In this document: in pieces, positions 48,247 to 61,799 of the stretch
How the letters are laid out: each line of letters opens with the position of its first letter
Numbering within the stretch: the first letter of the stretch is position 1
Assembly: GCA_038087875.1 (NCBI GenBank)
Contig: CM075995.1
Span: forward strand, 3,660,001 to 3,724,000
Origin: Malacoraja senta
Lineage: Eukaryota
DNA length: 64,000 nucleotides
Direction: 5' to 3'
Program-made: the position numbers and the translations under genes
Notes under the pieces: generated by a model
The model's input: only the letters and a program-made list of their open reading frames with translations
Told to the model about the DNA's origin: nothing
The model's database searches: none

Positions 48247-49088
48247 CAATACAAACAATACAATACAATACAATACAATTTATTGTCATTTGAACCTCAA
48301 ATGCAGTTCAAACGAAATTTGGTTTCTGCAGTCAAACAAAACAAAACAGTTCCTACACGACACACAAACAATTCAATCCACAGAAAAACAATCCACAGAA
48401 GGCAAAGTCTTTTCTCTCCCCTGCACCATCCTTCTCCCGATGTTGAAGCCCCAGGCGGGCAATGTTAAGTCCCACGGCCGTTGAGGCCGCGCCGGGCGGT
48501 GTACGGCCTCGCTCCGGGCCCAAAAGTCACCAAGTTGGAGCCCCCGGCGGGCGCTGGAATGTCCCGCAGCCATTAAGCCGCGCCGGGCGATTTACGGCCC
48601 CGCTCCGGGTCGTTCCAACCCCGCGACACGGGCGGGAGAAGTTGCGTTGCGGGAGCTCCGGAAAGCGGTCTCTCACCCGGACCCGCGAGCTCCCGATGTC
48701 ACAGTCCACAGGTCTGCAGCTGCAGCTGGAGCTCCGGAGTCGGGCTGCAACAGCGAGCCACCACCGCTCCCCACGCTCCGAGGACGGCCAGCCCCACGAT
48801 GGTAAGTCCGCAGCTCCGCAGGCTCCGCGACTGGAGCCCCCAGGTCGTCCCGGTCGGAGGCCGCTCCACGGAGCTAGGCCCCAACGACAACGGAGACCCG
48901 ACAGGGAAAAGGTCGGGTCTCCCGTACAGGGAAGAGATTTTTAAAGTTTCCCCCACCCACACACACACACATATACACAATTAAATACAGTACAAAAAAC
49001 ACAAACAACTACATTTAACTAGACAAAAATTTTAAAAAAGACAGACGGACTGCAGTCGAGCCGCTGCCGTTAGGCGCCGCCACTTCCG
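48247..49088 (-). mobile_element. GC-rich non-autonomous retroposon, copy C (divergent), with a (TATTG)n tail
   Basis: Same layout as copies A and B: GC start, T-rich tract, GC body, T-rich tract, AATAAA and a microsatellite tail. It interrupts a CR1 tail (CCTGCATT|...|GGCCCATATC). Confidence 0.65.
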
Positions 49089-50049
49089 GCCCATATCTCT
49101 CTAGACCTACCCTATTTATGTACCTGTCTTAAAAGTTACGATAGCAACGAGAAAGCAATCCAAGTTTGATCAACCCAATATCTCCCAACACCTATTCAAA
49201 AGATGTGAAGGATGAATGAATATCTAGATTTGTCTCTTTTGCCCTTTCTCCCTTTTGAAGTACATTCTTTGAAGTTTCCGAGTGATTTACGTCGAACCGA
49301 AACATGGCCTGTGTTTATTTAATCTGCGTCGGGTCTTTTCGATTCGTTATTCCAACGTTAGTCACCTTCCGGTGAAGATATGTTAAGAAAACATCAAAAC
49401 AAAACAAAAAGCACAAACTCCACGAGCCGGTTAAAGAAAATAGCAGATGCTGGAGTTTGAAGAAAAATGACTTGGCTTCACCTTCCACAAGAACAAGACT
49501 TCAAAGGAATTCACATCAAAAGACCTGAACATTATTAAAGAGGAACCACACCTCGTTGTGCCGTTATTTGATATTTCCCTCTTACATTTTCACTGGAAGA
49601 GGTTATATTTAGATGAGAAGAAACAGGTCACTCATCCACTCAATAGGCCATAATATTCTTACTGTGGGCGTCATAAGGGCAGAGGGGTTTAATGACACAG
49701 CATGCAGATTGTATCTCCATCAATGATAATGGTTATAAAGTGAGCTGGACGTAATATATGGATGTGTAGGAAAAAAATGAAGATAGACACAAAAAGCTGG
49801 AGTAAGTTAGCAGGACAGGCAGCATGTCTGGAGAATATATGGTAACATATTATCTCATATATATACTCTCCAGTATATATATACTCTCCAGGAATACAGT
49901 ATATGGATGTATTACTGCAACAGTCAGGAAGCCTGGGCATTTTGCTTCCTGAAATAAAAGTCTCAATGATGTGTACATGTTGGAATCAGGACTCATAATT
50001 AGAAATGAAAATCAAATCAAATCAGTTAAGGTGAGGGGGAAAGAGACCT

Positions 50050-50582
50050 GAGAGTGCAGGAGGATGAGGGATGATCTTATAGAGGTGTATGAAATCATGA
50101 GAGGAGTAGATCCTTAGAGTAGCATTTAATTTTACCTAAGGAGCGAGAGATAGATCAGGCATGATTGAATGGCGGAGTAGACTTGATGGGCCCAAAAGGC
50201 CTAATTCTACTCCTATCACTTATGACCTTATGATCGGGTACACACACAGAGTCTCTTTCCCAGAGTAGGGGAATCAAGAACCAGAGGACATTGGTTTAAG
50301 GTGAAGTAGAAAAGATTTACTAGGAATCTGAGGGGTAACTTTTTCACACAAAGGGTGGGGATGTATGGAACGAGCTGCCGGAGGAGGTAGTTGAGGCAGG
50401 GACTATCGCAACACTTAACAAACATTCAGAAAAGTACATTTGATAGGATAGGATTAGAGGTATATGGGCCAAACGCAGGCAGGTGGGACTAGTGTAGATG
50501 GGACATGTTGGTCGGTGTGGGCAAATTGGGCCGAAGAGCCTGTTTCCACGCCGTCTGACTCCATGACTCCGTGACTCTATGA
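50050..50582 (+). mobile_element. CR1 3' fragments
   Basis: GDLIEVYEIMRGVD, NFFTQRV and the CR1 tail. Confidence 0.8.
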
Positions 50583-50879
50583 ATAAGAAGGATGAGCACT
50601 AAGCATAATTTTAAGTGTTAAGTGATTTTGTTTCATGGTCAGTTTAGGCACATGTGCTTAGATTTCACTCGATAGGGTCACATGTGCTGATCTGGGCTTG
50701 TGATTTACAAAGAACCGATGATAGGGATGGTTCATGTCTAGCCACTGGCAGTCACCCTGTTGGCAGGAAGATAAAATAGCCGCTCACATATGCATGCTCA
50801 CAGCTGTGAGTATTCCCTCAACACAAGATAAAATGTGAAATTAACATTTGTAATACCATGTAATACCATGCCTGGCACT

Positions 50880-52931
50880 AGACTTTAGACTATAGACTTT
50901 AGAGATACAGCGTGGAAACAGGCCCTATGACCCACTGAGTCCGTGCCGATCAGCGATCACCCCATACACTAACACCATCATACACACAAGGGACAATTTA
51001 TTTTACAATTTACTGAAGCATTTCTTGATTAGTGCAGTACCAGAGGTTATGGGGAGAAGGCAGGAGAATGGAGTTAGGAGTGAAAGATAGATCAGCCAGA
51101 TTGAATGGCGGAGTAGGCTTGATGGACCAAAAGGCCTAATTCTACTCTTATCAATTATGACCATATGCCCTGAAGCTAATTAACCTACAAACCTGTACGT
51201 CTTTGGAGCGCGGGAGGAAACCGGAGCAGCCGGAGAAATCCCACGAGGTCACAGTCATTATTCCGGATCACAATGCATGTTTCAAAGCTCCTGAATCATG
51301 AATACCATCTCATGCATGCAGAGAAATAAATTATTCTTTAGTTTAGTTTAGTTATTATTGTCAAGTGTACTGAGGCACAGTGAAAAGCTTTTTTGTTGTG
51401 TGCAATCTTGTTAGCGAAAGTCTATACATGATTACCATCAAGCCGTCCACAGTGTACAGATTCCGGATAAAGAGAGTAACGATTCTCCCCCTTTCATTTC
51501 TGAGCTGAAATTAATATTGTACTAGGGAAAGACACATAATGCTGGAGTTACTCAGTGGGTCAGGCAGCATCCCTGAAGAAAATGGATAGGTGGCGTTTCA
51601 GATCGGGACCCATCTTCAGACTGATTGCTATCAGATTACCAGCAGTCTAAAGAAGGGTCCCGACCCGAAACATCACCTATCCATGTTCTCCATTTCCTCC
51701 AGAGATGCTGCCTGATCCGCTGAGTCACTCCAGCACTTCATGTCTATCTTTGGTATAAACCAGCATCTGCAGTCCTTTGTTGCTACATGCAGCCTGACCT
51801 GTTACTTCAGCATTCTGTGCCTATCCTTTGTAAACAGGCAACTGCAGTTCCTTGTGTCTATGTTTATGAATATTGTTATGTCTGTTTCTGCACTTAATTG
51901 GCCTAAAATATCTACGAGCATGTAAACAGCACATAAAAATTAAATCTTGAGTTATAAAAGATATTACAAAAGGCACAGCGATAGAGTTGCTGCCTTACAG
52001 CGCTTGCAGCGCCAGTGACCCGAGTTCGATCCCAACTACGGGTGCTGTCTGTATGGAGTTTGTACGTTCTCCCCGTGACCGCGTGCGTTTGTTCTGAGAT
52101 CTCCAAAGACGTACAGGTATGTAGCTAAATTGGCTTGGTAAATGTTTTAAAAATTTATCCCTAGTTTGCGTAGATAGTGTTAATATGTGGGAATTGCTGG
52201 TGGGCGCGGACTCGGTGGGGCGAAGGGCCTGTTTCCGCGCTGTATCTCCAAAAATACACTAAACTAACTAAAAAATCATCAGTTTTTATTGGTAGGTTTA
52301 TGTTTCCTGCCAAAGCCCAGGAATATTTAATTCCCTGCTGGAATGCAAAACTGCTCACTGCTCTCCGGAACCTCTTCTTCTGAGGAAGTTCAAATCTGCT
52401 TAAATATGCTTATCTGCCTTGAGGCTAAATCAATTTGATTTGAATTAGAATTTTGTAATCGTGCAAAACCAACACATAGGCTTAACTTTATAGAAAGAGC
52501 TTCACCTTGGGGACCAATTTCACTGAGAATTAGAGTAAAACGGTCTCAGCCAAAGGAACATCTAAAAATTCAGTTGATAGAGGACTGCATGGCTTAAAAT
52601 TGTCATTTTTGGAGTGGTATTGTAACAATGGCACGGTGGCACAGCAGTTAGTGCTGCTGCTTTACAGCGTCAGAGACTTGGATTTGATTCTAACTACGGG
52701 TGCTGTCTGTACAGAGTTTATACGTTCTCCCCATGACCATGTGGATATTCCCCAGGTGCTCCATTTTACTCCCACACTCCAAAGACATACAGGTTTGTAG
52801 GGTTTAATTGGCTTCAGTAAAATTGTAAATTGTCCCCAGTGTGCAGAGCAGTGCTAGTGCATGGGGATCGCTGGTTGGTGCGGACTTGGTGGGCCGAAGG
52901 AGTCTGTTTCCGCGCTGTATCTCTAAACTAA
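50880..52931. mobile_element. Cluster of HE1-type SINEs (50880-51253 -, 51972-52270 +, 52630-52931 +) and an inverted Penelope tail pair (about 51530-51775)
   Basis: Repeated SINE head, core and tail motifs, plus oppositely oriented Penelope tails. Confidence 0.75.
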
Positions 52932-53072
52932 GACTTTCTGTATTATCTGAGCCAACGAGCTAAACCTGTTTTTTAATAGATTTGATGGCGAGCCTCTGCC
53001 ACCCCTCCCCCTTGCTCCCCCTACAGACTCTCCCCCTCATTCCCCCTGGTCCTCTTCCTCTGCCCTTTCTTT

Positions 53073-54370
53073 GTCGTGCCTGATCATCAAGGCTCAGCAG
53101 GTGAGGAAGGAGCTGAGCAGACTCTGCCCAGGCAAAGCCATGGGTCCCATTGGTGTCAGCCCTAGGGAACTCAAGACATGTACCAGCCAGTTGTGTGGAG
53201 TACTCCAGCATATCTTCAACCTGAGCCTGAGCCTGGAGAGGTTTCCGGTGATGTGGAAGACATCCTGCCTGGTTCCTGTACCAAAGAGGATGCGCCCCAG
53301 CTCCTCCAATGACTACAGACTGACTTCAAACATCATGAAGCTCCCTGGAGAGGCTGGTGCTCACTCACCTGCGACACCTTGTTAAACCCTACCTTGTCCC
53401 CCTACAGCTCGCTTACCAAACAAAGATGGGAGTTGAGGACGCCATCATCCACCTGCTCCATCGTTGACATTTGATGCAGAGACAACAACCTGGCTGCTCA
53501 ACACGCAGCTTGAGATCTAACTATTCCTTTGGTTTATGTTTCATTCACAAGAAGAAGTCCATCGTTCCTATGTTCACCTGGATAAGCCGGGAAGTATTGT
53601 GAGAGTCATGTTTTTTTACTTCTCCAGTGCTTTTAACACCATCCGGCCTGCACTGCTGGGGATGCTCCATTGGTCTCCTGGATCACCAACTGGACAACCA
53701 CAACATATCAGGCTATAGAACGGTGTCTCGGACGTGAGCAACACAGGGCTCCCCCAGGGGATGGTCCTCTCTCTCTCTCCCTTCCTGTTCACCATCTGCA
53801 CCTCGGACTTCAGATATAACTCAGACTCCTGCCACCTGCAGACGTTTTCAGATGACTTTGCAATTGTGGGCTGTATAAGTGAGGGGAGGGAAGCTGAATG
53901 CAGAGGTGTAGTCAACGACTTTGTTGAGTGGTGTGGGCTGAATCACCTGCAACTCTACACCAACAAGACTAAGGAGTTAATGGTGGACATTAGGAGGATA
54001 GGAACACCCCTGTCTCCATCAATGGTGCGGATGTTCGGTTTACCACGGAGTACAATTACCTTGGACTTTACCTGGACAGGAAACTGGAATGGTCCAGGAA
54101 CGCTGAGGCCCTGTACAAGAAGGGACAGAGCTGGCTGTATATTTTTAGAAAGCTTCACGCCTTCAATGTCTGCATTTAGATGCTGCAGATGTTCTACCAA
54201 TCGGTGGTAGCCAGTGCCATCTTCTTCGCTGCCATGTGCTGGTGTAGCAGAGCGAAGGCCGTGGATGCCAAGAGGATTAGCAAACACATCAGGCAGGCTG
54301 GCTCCATCCTGGGGGCAGGGTTGGATTCATAGGGTGTAGTCTAGGAGGGGAGGATGCTCCTCAAACTCCA
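53073..54370 (+). mobile_element. Rex1/Babar LINE RT remnant
   Basis: GKAMGPIGV, HIFNLSL, WKTSCLVPVPK, NDYR, FSSAFNTI, TGLPQGMVLS and LQTFSDD. Confidence 0.88.
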
Positions 54371-54374
54371 GACT

Positions 54375-55220
54375 CTTGAGAGCAGCCAGTGGATTGGCCT
54401 CCACTGCCTTCTGTGGTAGAAAATTCCACAAATTCACAACTCTCTGGGTGAAAAAAAGTGTTTCCTCATCCCAGTCCTAAATGGCCTACCCCTCATTCTG
54501 AAACTGTGACCCCTGGTTCTGGACTCCCCCAACATCGAGAACATTTTTCCTGCATTTAGCAGAATAAGGGGCAGGCTATTTAGAGCTGAGTTGAGGAAAA
54601 ACTTTTGCACCCAGAGAGTTGTGAATCTGTGGAATTCTCTGCCACTGGAGAATTCACTGGATGTTTCACTGGATGTTTTCAAGAGAGATTTAGCTCTTGG
54701 GGCTAAAGGAATCAAGGGATTATGGGGAAAAAGTAGGAACGGGGTACTGATTTTAGATGATGAGTCATGATCATATCGAATGTCGATGCTGGCTCGAAGG
54801 TCTGATTGGCCTACTCCTGGCACCCCTTCATCCATTTTACTTGTCACAACCTCAAAAACGTCCAGAAGATTAGTCAAGCATGATTTCCCTTTCATAAATC
54901 CATGTTGACTTGGACTAATCCTTTTACTGCTATCCAAATGCCCCATTATTACCTCTTTAATAATTGACTCCAGCATCTTTCCCACCACCGGTCAGGCTAA
55001 CTGGTCTGTAATTCCCTGTTTTCTCTCTCGCTCCTTTCTTGAAAAGTGGGATAACGTTAGCGATCCTCCAATGCACAGGAACTGATCCTGAATCGATCGA
55101 ACATTGGAAAATAATCACCAATGCGTCCGCTATTTCTAGAGCCATCTCCCTGAGGACCCTGGGATGCAGACCATCAGGCCCAGGGGATTTATCATCCTTC
55201 AGTCCCATTAGCCTACCCAT
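54375..55220. mobile_element. CR1 mosaic with alternating orientations
   Basis: Minus-strand 3' piece at 54375-54560, plus-strand 3' piece at 54562-54820, and minus-strand KSPGPDG...QHGF piece at 54820-55220. Confidence 0.85.
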
Positions 55221-55229
55221 GACCAGTTA

Positions 55230-55805
55230 TTGCACAGCACATATGTAATATTGCACAAACAAGAAATTAAATTATCAAGTGTAAAGGTCCAGGATGAGGG
55301 ATGTGCAAAAATGGAGGGGGGTCAATCTATCCCACGACAGAAGGGGGAGGAGTTGTACAGTTTGATAGGCACAGGTAAAAAGGATCTCCTGCGGCATTCT
55401 ACGCTGCACCTTGCTGGGACCAGTCTGTTCCTGAAGGTGGTACTCAGGTTGACCAGTGTGTCATGGAGGGGGTGAGATGTATTGTCTAAGAAGCTCTGCA
55501 GTTTGAGGAGCATCCTCCTTTCCAAGACCACCTCCAATGATTCCAACTGCGCCCCCAGGACAGAGCCAGCCTTCGCCCTGCTACCCCAGCACACGACAGC
55601 GTAGAAGTTGGCACTGGCCACCACCGATTGATAAAACATCTGCAGCATCTTACTGCAGACGTTGAAAGAACGGAGCCTCCTCAGGAAGTACAGATGGCTC
55701 TGTCCCTTCTTGTACAGTGCCTCAGCGTTCCTGGACCAGTCCATTTTTCTATCCAGGTAAACTCCAAGGTATTTGTACTCCTGGGTAAACTACACATCCA
55801 CACCC
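55230..55805 (-). mobile_element. Rex1/Babar LINE 3' fragment
   Basis: KKGQSHLYFLRRLRSF, FYQSVVAS, NTSHPLH and RRSFLPVPIKLYN. Confidence 0.88.
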
Positions 55806-57741
55806 TTGATTTTACAAACCTATTTCAGTTTGGTGAGAAATAAGCACTCTTCAGGAAAAGGTCCGTCAAACTTAATTCCCGTTCTGAGGACTTCTCTCAA
55901 TCTTCGTGTCTCAGGTCCTGATGGGGTTCATCAGCTTACTGGCAAGACCTCCAGACATTATGTCTCGAATCAAGGAAAATAGACTAATCATTCATCAAGC
56001 ATGTGTGACATCTTTCAGACGGAATATGCAACATAAGCATCATATTTAATATTGGCCTGTGGACAATAATTACTCCTTTAATTCTGTTATCTCAAGGAAA
56101 ACATTATCTCAAAGTAAAACATTTGTTTTATTTTGCTATCTCAAAGTAAAATATTTGGAGACTGGAGAGTTATCTGAACGTTTTGTGATGGTTATCAGGT
56201 TTTCTTTTCGTTTTGTCTTTCATTACTGAAGGAGGAATTTATCATATGTGCAAGAAATGTTTAAGAAAGAACTGCAGTTGCTGGAAAAATCGAAGGAAGA
56301 CAAAAATGCTGGAGAAACACAGCAGGTGAGGCAGCATCCATGGAGAGAAGGAATAGGCGACGTTTCGGGTCGAGACTCTTCTTTTGAACTGACCCTTCGT
56401 CTGAAGAAGGGTCTCGACCCAAAATGTCGCCTATTCCTTCTCTCCATTGATGCTGCCTCACCCGCTGAGTTTCTCCAGCATTTTTGTCCACCTATCATAT
56501 GTGCAATACCAGCATATGGAAACTAATTGGCATTGTGGAATCTACAGCCCATTGACCAACCATGTTTGTAACTGCATTTGTCCTCCTAATTTCTTTACTA
56601 CAATCCTCCCTTCCCTTTTGATAACACTGAAGGGCAGTTTCTCCATACCTGCCATTTGCTTACCTTTTTTTAATCCAGACTATTATTTCCCTCAAAATCC
56701 AGGATTCGTGGATTTGCTGTCCATGCTTTTCAAGACTGCCAGATGGGGTAGTTCAGGCAAATACAATAACAGCATTCATAAGATAGGTGGATCAGACAGG
56801 TTTAGAGGGATATAGGCCAAATACAGGCAGATGGGTCTAGTGCAGATGGGACAGGTTGGCCGGTGTGACCAAGTTGGGTCGAAGGACATGTTCCACACTG
56901 TAGGTGTCTATGACTCTATGACCCTATAAGTGGGACCAGCTTAGATGGGGCATCTTGGTCAACATGGATGAGTTGGGCCAAAAGGCCTATTTCCATGCTG
57001 TAAGATTCCATGATTCTAGAGTTGGTATGTGTAGAATTATATGTGTCCATATATATAATAGTCCGATTATATGTGTGTGCATCACAACTTGGTTTGGGAA
57101 CAGTTTCATCCAAGACCCCAAAAAATTGCAGCTAATTATGGATGCAGCCCAGACCATAACACAAACCAATCTCCCTTCCATTGATTCCATTTATACTTCA
57201 CGCTGCCTCGGCAAGGCCAGCAACATAATCAAGGACAAATCGCATCCTGGCCACTTTCTCTTCTCCCCTCTCCCATCAAGCAAAAGGTATAGGTGTGAAA
57301 ACGCACACCTCCATATTCAGGGACCGTTTCTTCCCAGCTATTATCAGGCAACTGAACCATCCTACCCCAACAAGAGACATGGCCGTCCGAGGGGGGGTGC
57401 GTGGCGTGCGACCGCACCGCCCTTATTTTCCACAGAGTAAGAAAAAATCCCCAGAATTATTTTTAAAAATCGGAGCACAATCAGCATTTCCACCCAAAAT
57501 TCTGGTTCCGGCCACTGGGGGAGAAAGAAATGCGCCCATTCGCGCCTGCGCAGTTGGGGAAGCGACGCAAAATGACGCCGTCTCTCCGCGAGTGGGCAGT
57601 GGGCGGGATCAGACTGCCATTTGTGCTTCACCCATTGAGCTCGATGCCTCGTGTCTACTCCAGGTATGTCATGGGTTGGGGGGGGTGTGCGGTGCGTCAT
57701 CTGCCCGCCCGCCCGGTCCAGCGATTCCATCCGCGGTGTCC

Positions 57742-59252
57742 CAAATGTCATTAGAAACGTGAATAGTGCCTGGAGGATTGGCGTACTGCGCATGTTGTTC
57801 CATTGTTTAAAAAGGATTCTAAAAGTAACCCTAGCAATTATAGACCTGTTAGTTTGGCGTCAGTTGTGGGCAAATTAATGGAAAGGATACTTAGAGATAA
57901 TATATATAAGCATCTGGATAAACAGGGTCTGATTAGGAACAGTCAACATGGATTTGTGCCTGGAAGGTCATGTTTGACTAATCTTCTAGAATTTTTCGAA
58001 GAGGTTACTAGGAAAATTGATGAGGGTAAAGCAGTGGATGTTGTCTATATGGACTATAAGGCCTTTGACAAGGTTCCTCATGGAAGGTTGGTTAAGAAGA
58101 TTAAATTGTTGGGTATTAATGGTGGAGTAGCAAGATGGATTCAACAGTGGCTGAATGGGAGATGCCAGAGAGTAATGGTGGATGGCTGTTTGTCAGGTTG
58201 GAGGCCGGTGACTAGTGGGGTGCCTCAGGGGTCTGTGTTGGGTCCACTGTTGTTTGTCATGTACATCAATGATCTGGATGATGGTGTGGAAAATTGGATT
58301 AGTAAGTATGCAGATGATACTAAGATAGGTGGTGTGGTGGATAATGAAGTAGATTTTCAAAGTCTACAGAGAGATTTAGGCCATTTGGAAGAGTGGGCTG
58401 AAAGATGGCAGATGGAGTTTAATGCTGATAAATGTGAGGTACTACATCTCGGCAGGACAAATCAAAATAGGATGTACATGGTAAACGGTAGAGAATTGAG
58501 GAATGCAGTTGAACAGAGGGATCTAGGAATAACTGTGCATAGTTCCCTGAAGGTGAAATCTCATGTAGATAGGGTGGTAAAGAAAGCTTTTGGGGTGCTG
58601 GCCTTTATAAATCAGAGCATTGAATATAGAAGTTGGGATGTAATGTTAAAATTGTACAAGGCATTGGTGAGGCCAATTCTGGAGTATGGAGTACCATTTT
58701 GGTCGCCTAATTATAGGAAGCATGTCAACAAAATAGAGAGAGTACAGAGGAGATTTACTAGAATGTTGCCTGGGTTTCAGCAACTAAGTTACAGAGAAAG
58801 GTTGAACAAGTTAGGTCTTTATTCTTTGGAGCGCAGAAGGTTAAGAGGGGACTTGATAGAGGTCTTTAAAATTATGAGCGGGTTAGACAGAGTTGACGTG
58901 GATAAGCTTTTTCCATTGAGAGTAGGGAAGATTCAAACAAGGGGACATGACTTGAGAATTAAGGGACAGAAGTTTAGGGGTAACATTAGGGGGAACTTCT
59001 TTACTCAGAGAGTGGTAGCTGTGTGGAATGAGCTTCCAGTGGAAGTGGTGGAGGCTGGTTTGATTTTATCCTTTAAAAATAGATTGGATGGGTATATGGA
59101 CGGGAAAGGAATGGAGGGTTGTGGTCTGAGTGCATGTAGATGGGACTAGGGGGTAGTTTTTTTTTTTTTTTAAATAAAAAAAAATGTTCGGCACGGACTT
59201 GAAGGGCCGAGATGGCCTGTTTCCGTGCTGTAATGGTTATATGGTTATATGG
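57742..59252 (+). mobile_element. CR1 LINE, 5'-truncated, with an uninterrupted 448-codon RT reading frame
   Basis: ORF 57803-59149 contains [29 protein letters not shown] and YADDTK. Tail is (ATGGTTAT)n. Confidence 0.95.
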
Positions 59253-59487
59253 TCCCGGGGGGGGGGGTGCAGTGTGCGGTGTCTGCCCGCCCGCCCGCCC
59301 GCCCGCCCGGTCCAGCGGAGCCTCGCCAACGGCCATTGGGGCGACCAGGAGACCGTCTTCCCGTCGCCGGGCGGGAGCGGCTGTAACCCCAACACCAGAC
59401 GCCGCTGCGGCGGGGCTCGCTGCCCTCGCCTCCCCCGCCACCGGGGCCAAGCCATCTTCCACCCATGCCACCCCGCCGACCCCCGAT

Positions 59488-59695
59488 GGCCCACGCCACC
59501 TTCATCTTTGCCCCCCCACCCCCGCTGGGCCCACGCACCTTCATCCCCCCCCCGCTGGGCCCACGCCACCTTCATCTCCCCCCCGCTGGGCCCACGCCAC
59601 CTTCATCTCCCCCGCTGGGCCCACGCCACCTTCATCACCCCCCCCCCCCCGCTGGGCCCACGCCACCTTCATCTCCCCCCCCGCTGGGCCCACCG
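59488..59695 (+). repeat. ~30-bp C-rich minisatellite, about 6 copies
   Basis: Unit GCTGGGCCCACGCCACCTTCAT(C)n with a variable C run. Confidence 0.85.
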
Positions 59696-60845
59696 CCCCC
59701 CCACCAGAAAGAGGGGGGATGTGAGAGGGGGGGAGAGAGAGGGGAAGGGAAGGGAGAGAGAGCTGGGGGAGGGGAGAGGGAAAGGGGGAATGTCTTTAAT
59801 GAGATTGTAAAATTGAGGTAGGTTTTAGAGCTATTATATTTTTTCCTCATGAATAATATCAAATAATATCAAACAATTGGAACTGCTTTCTTTGCCTTGA
59901 TAACAATACCGAAAAATATGAATTCCAAAGTTTATGACTCTTTTTGCAGCATATTTTTAATATAATAAGAATATTACAAAAATCAGCATGTTTTCATGGT
60001 CATCATGGATCTGTCTGCAGTAATGCAGCAGTCCATTGATGATGTTGCTGCTGTGGGAAGCTAGGCAGAAGGAAGATCTCCTTGGTGCAGTAAAAACCAA
60101 ACGTTTTATGATTCTATATCATGAGTTCTTACAAGAATTGTGAAAACTTCACAAATATGCAGCATATCAGTAAAATATTTTTTGAATACATGTCATGTCT
60201 TAAGTCCTGTTAATGATAATATTGGCCAAATAAAATGTCACAAAATGGAGAATCTCTGTATTTGCCAAGCCTGTTTGCCCACTTTCTGTGGAAGGTTGCA
60301 AGCTGTGAGTCATGCTCCAAGGAGTCTGGACCCTAGATGGAAGTTGACGATAAGGCAAGGTCCAAATGTCTCTCCTTTTGTTTATATGTATGAGGGTTTT
60401 GTAGAAGAGCTAAGAGGTGTTGCATATGCATGATCATTAGGTTTGGTCAGATAGGGGGTGTTGTAAAGTACTGTTAATTATGTTGCAGAGTGTTTGTGCT
60501 GTTATCTTGTGAAGTGTGAAGCCTTGTTCAAACTACCTGGAGAAATGTTTCTATTCTTTTGTAAACTGTCTTCCTGCTAGAACTTTCTGTAGAAACAATG
60601 TAATGGTGAATTTTGTGATTGGGTTCAGGAACTGTCAATAGCTATAATCTAATCAAGATCCAAGAGAGTTTATTGTCATGTGTCCCAAATAGGACAATGA
60701 AATTCTTGCTCGAACTTCTCTCGAGCATGAAGGAGAGTTACATAGACCTCATAGGACCATGTGTCGCCCATGCTGCAAGTTTGAGTCGAGTGCAAACGCT
60801 TCTAAACTCGCAAATTATGTCCCCGCAGTGGGACAAGCCTTTAGT

Positions 60846-61728
60846 TGATCCAGTGCTGGACTCGGTGTTTTACTGACCCACATGCCCACCAATCGAGGCC
60901 CACCTGGCTCCTGGGCCCGCCCCCGCTCAAGTACACTCGCGCCAAGCCTCCCGCAGCTGGACTCCCACGTCCACCCGCTCCAACCCCCTCCCGTACAAAT
61001 GCGCAGAAAGAACGAGCGTTCTGCAGATCGGGAGGTCACAGCAGGTTACAGCTGGTCGCCGGAGGCCACCGGCTTCTGAATCCTTTCCGTATCCCCCGCC
61101 CGATGGTAGAACATGGCTGCCCCTCCCTCCCTCCCGCTGCAAACCCAACGCGCTGCCAGTCGCGCCGTTCGCAAGTCCTTTGATAAAAACCTTGCGACCC
61201 CCCCTCTCTCTCCTCTCTCCCCCCTCCTCTCTCTCTCTCACTCCCCCTCCTCTCTCTCTCTCTCTCTCCCTCCCCCTCCTCTCTCTCTCTCTCCCCCTCC
61301 TCTCTCTCTCTCTCCCCCACCTCTCTCTCTCTCTCTCTCCCTCCCCCTCCTCTCTCTCTCTCTCTCCCCTCCTCTCTCTCTCTCCCCCACCTCTCTCTCT
61401 CTCTCTCCCCCACCTCTCTCTCTCTCCCCCTCCTCTCTCTCTCTCCCCTCCTCTCTCTCTCCCCCCCCCTCCTCTCTCTCTCTCCCCCTCCTCTCTCTCT
61501 CCCCCTCCTCTCTCTCTCTCCCCCTCTCTCTCTCCCCCTCCTCTCTCTCTCCCCTTCCTCTCTCTCTCTCTCCCCCACCTCTCTCTCTCTCTCTCCCCCA
61601 CCTCTCTCTCTCTCTCCCCCACCTCTCTCTCTCTCTCCCCCACCTCTCTCTCTCTCTCCCCACCTCTCTCTCTCCTCTCCCCCCTCATCTCCCCCTCCTC
61701 CGACCCAACGGGTCTGCACTTGGTCTAG
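60846..61728 (+). mobile_element. Non-autonomous Helitron-like element (left boundary uncertain)
   Basis: Hairpin GACCC-AAC-GGGTC at 61702-61714 sits 10 nt before CTAG (61725-61728), followed by T. This is the canonical Helitron 3' end. Confidence 0.6.
61200..61700 (+). repeat. ~500-bp (CT)n/C-run polypyrimidine tract
   Basis: Almost pure C/T with a recurring CTCTCTCTCCCCC(T/A)C unit. Confidence 0.95.
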
Positions 61729-61799
61729 TTCTCCTTAATTCTACCACAACTAATGAAGAAGCTGCTAAAGCTATTGCCAACCTCTCAGAAGCTGTACCT

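Noticed and set aside
53073..55805. Opposed Rex1 fragments as the TIRs of one large element
   Set aside because: The overlapping parts are visibly diverged and there is no TSD. Independent insertions explain them better.
57803..59149. 448-aa ORF as a host or domesticated gene
   Set aside because: It is a plain 5'-truncated CR1 ORF2 with its tail intact, a TTG pseudo-start, and a position nested in another transposon.
59184..59821. Pro-rich ORFs
   Set aside because: They are translations of a C-rich minisatellite.
60130..60560. Possible decayed minus-strand ORF (…ATFHRKWANRLGKYRDSPFCD…)
   Set aside because: Stop density is about what random sequence gives, and I recognise no motif.
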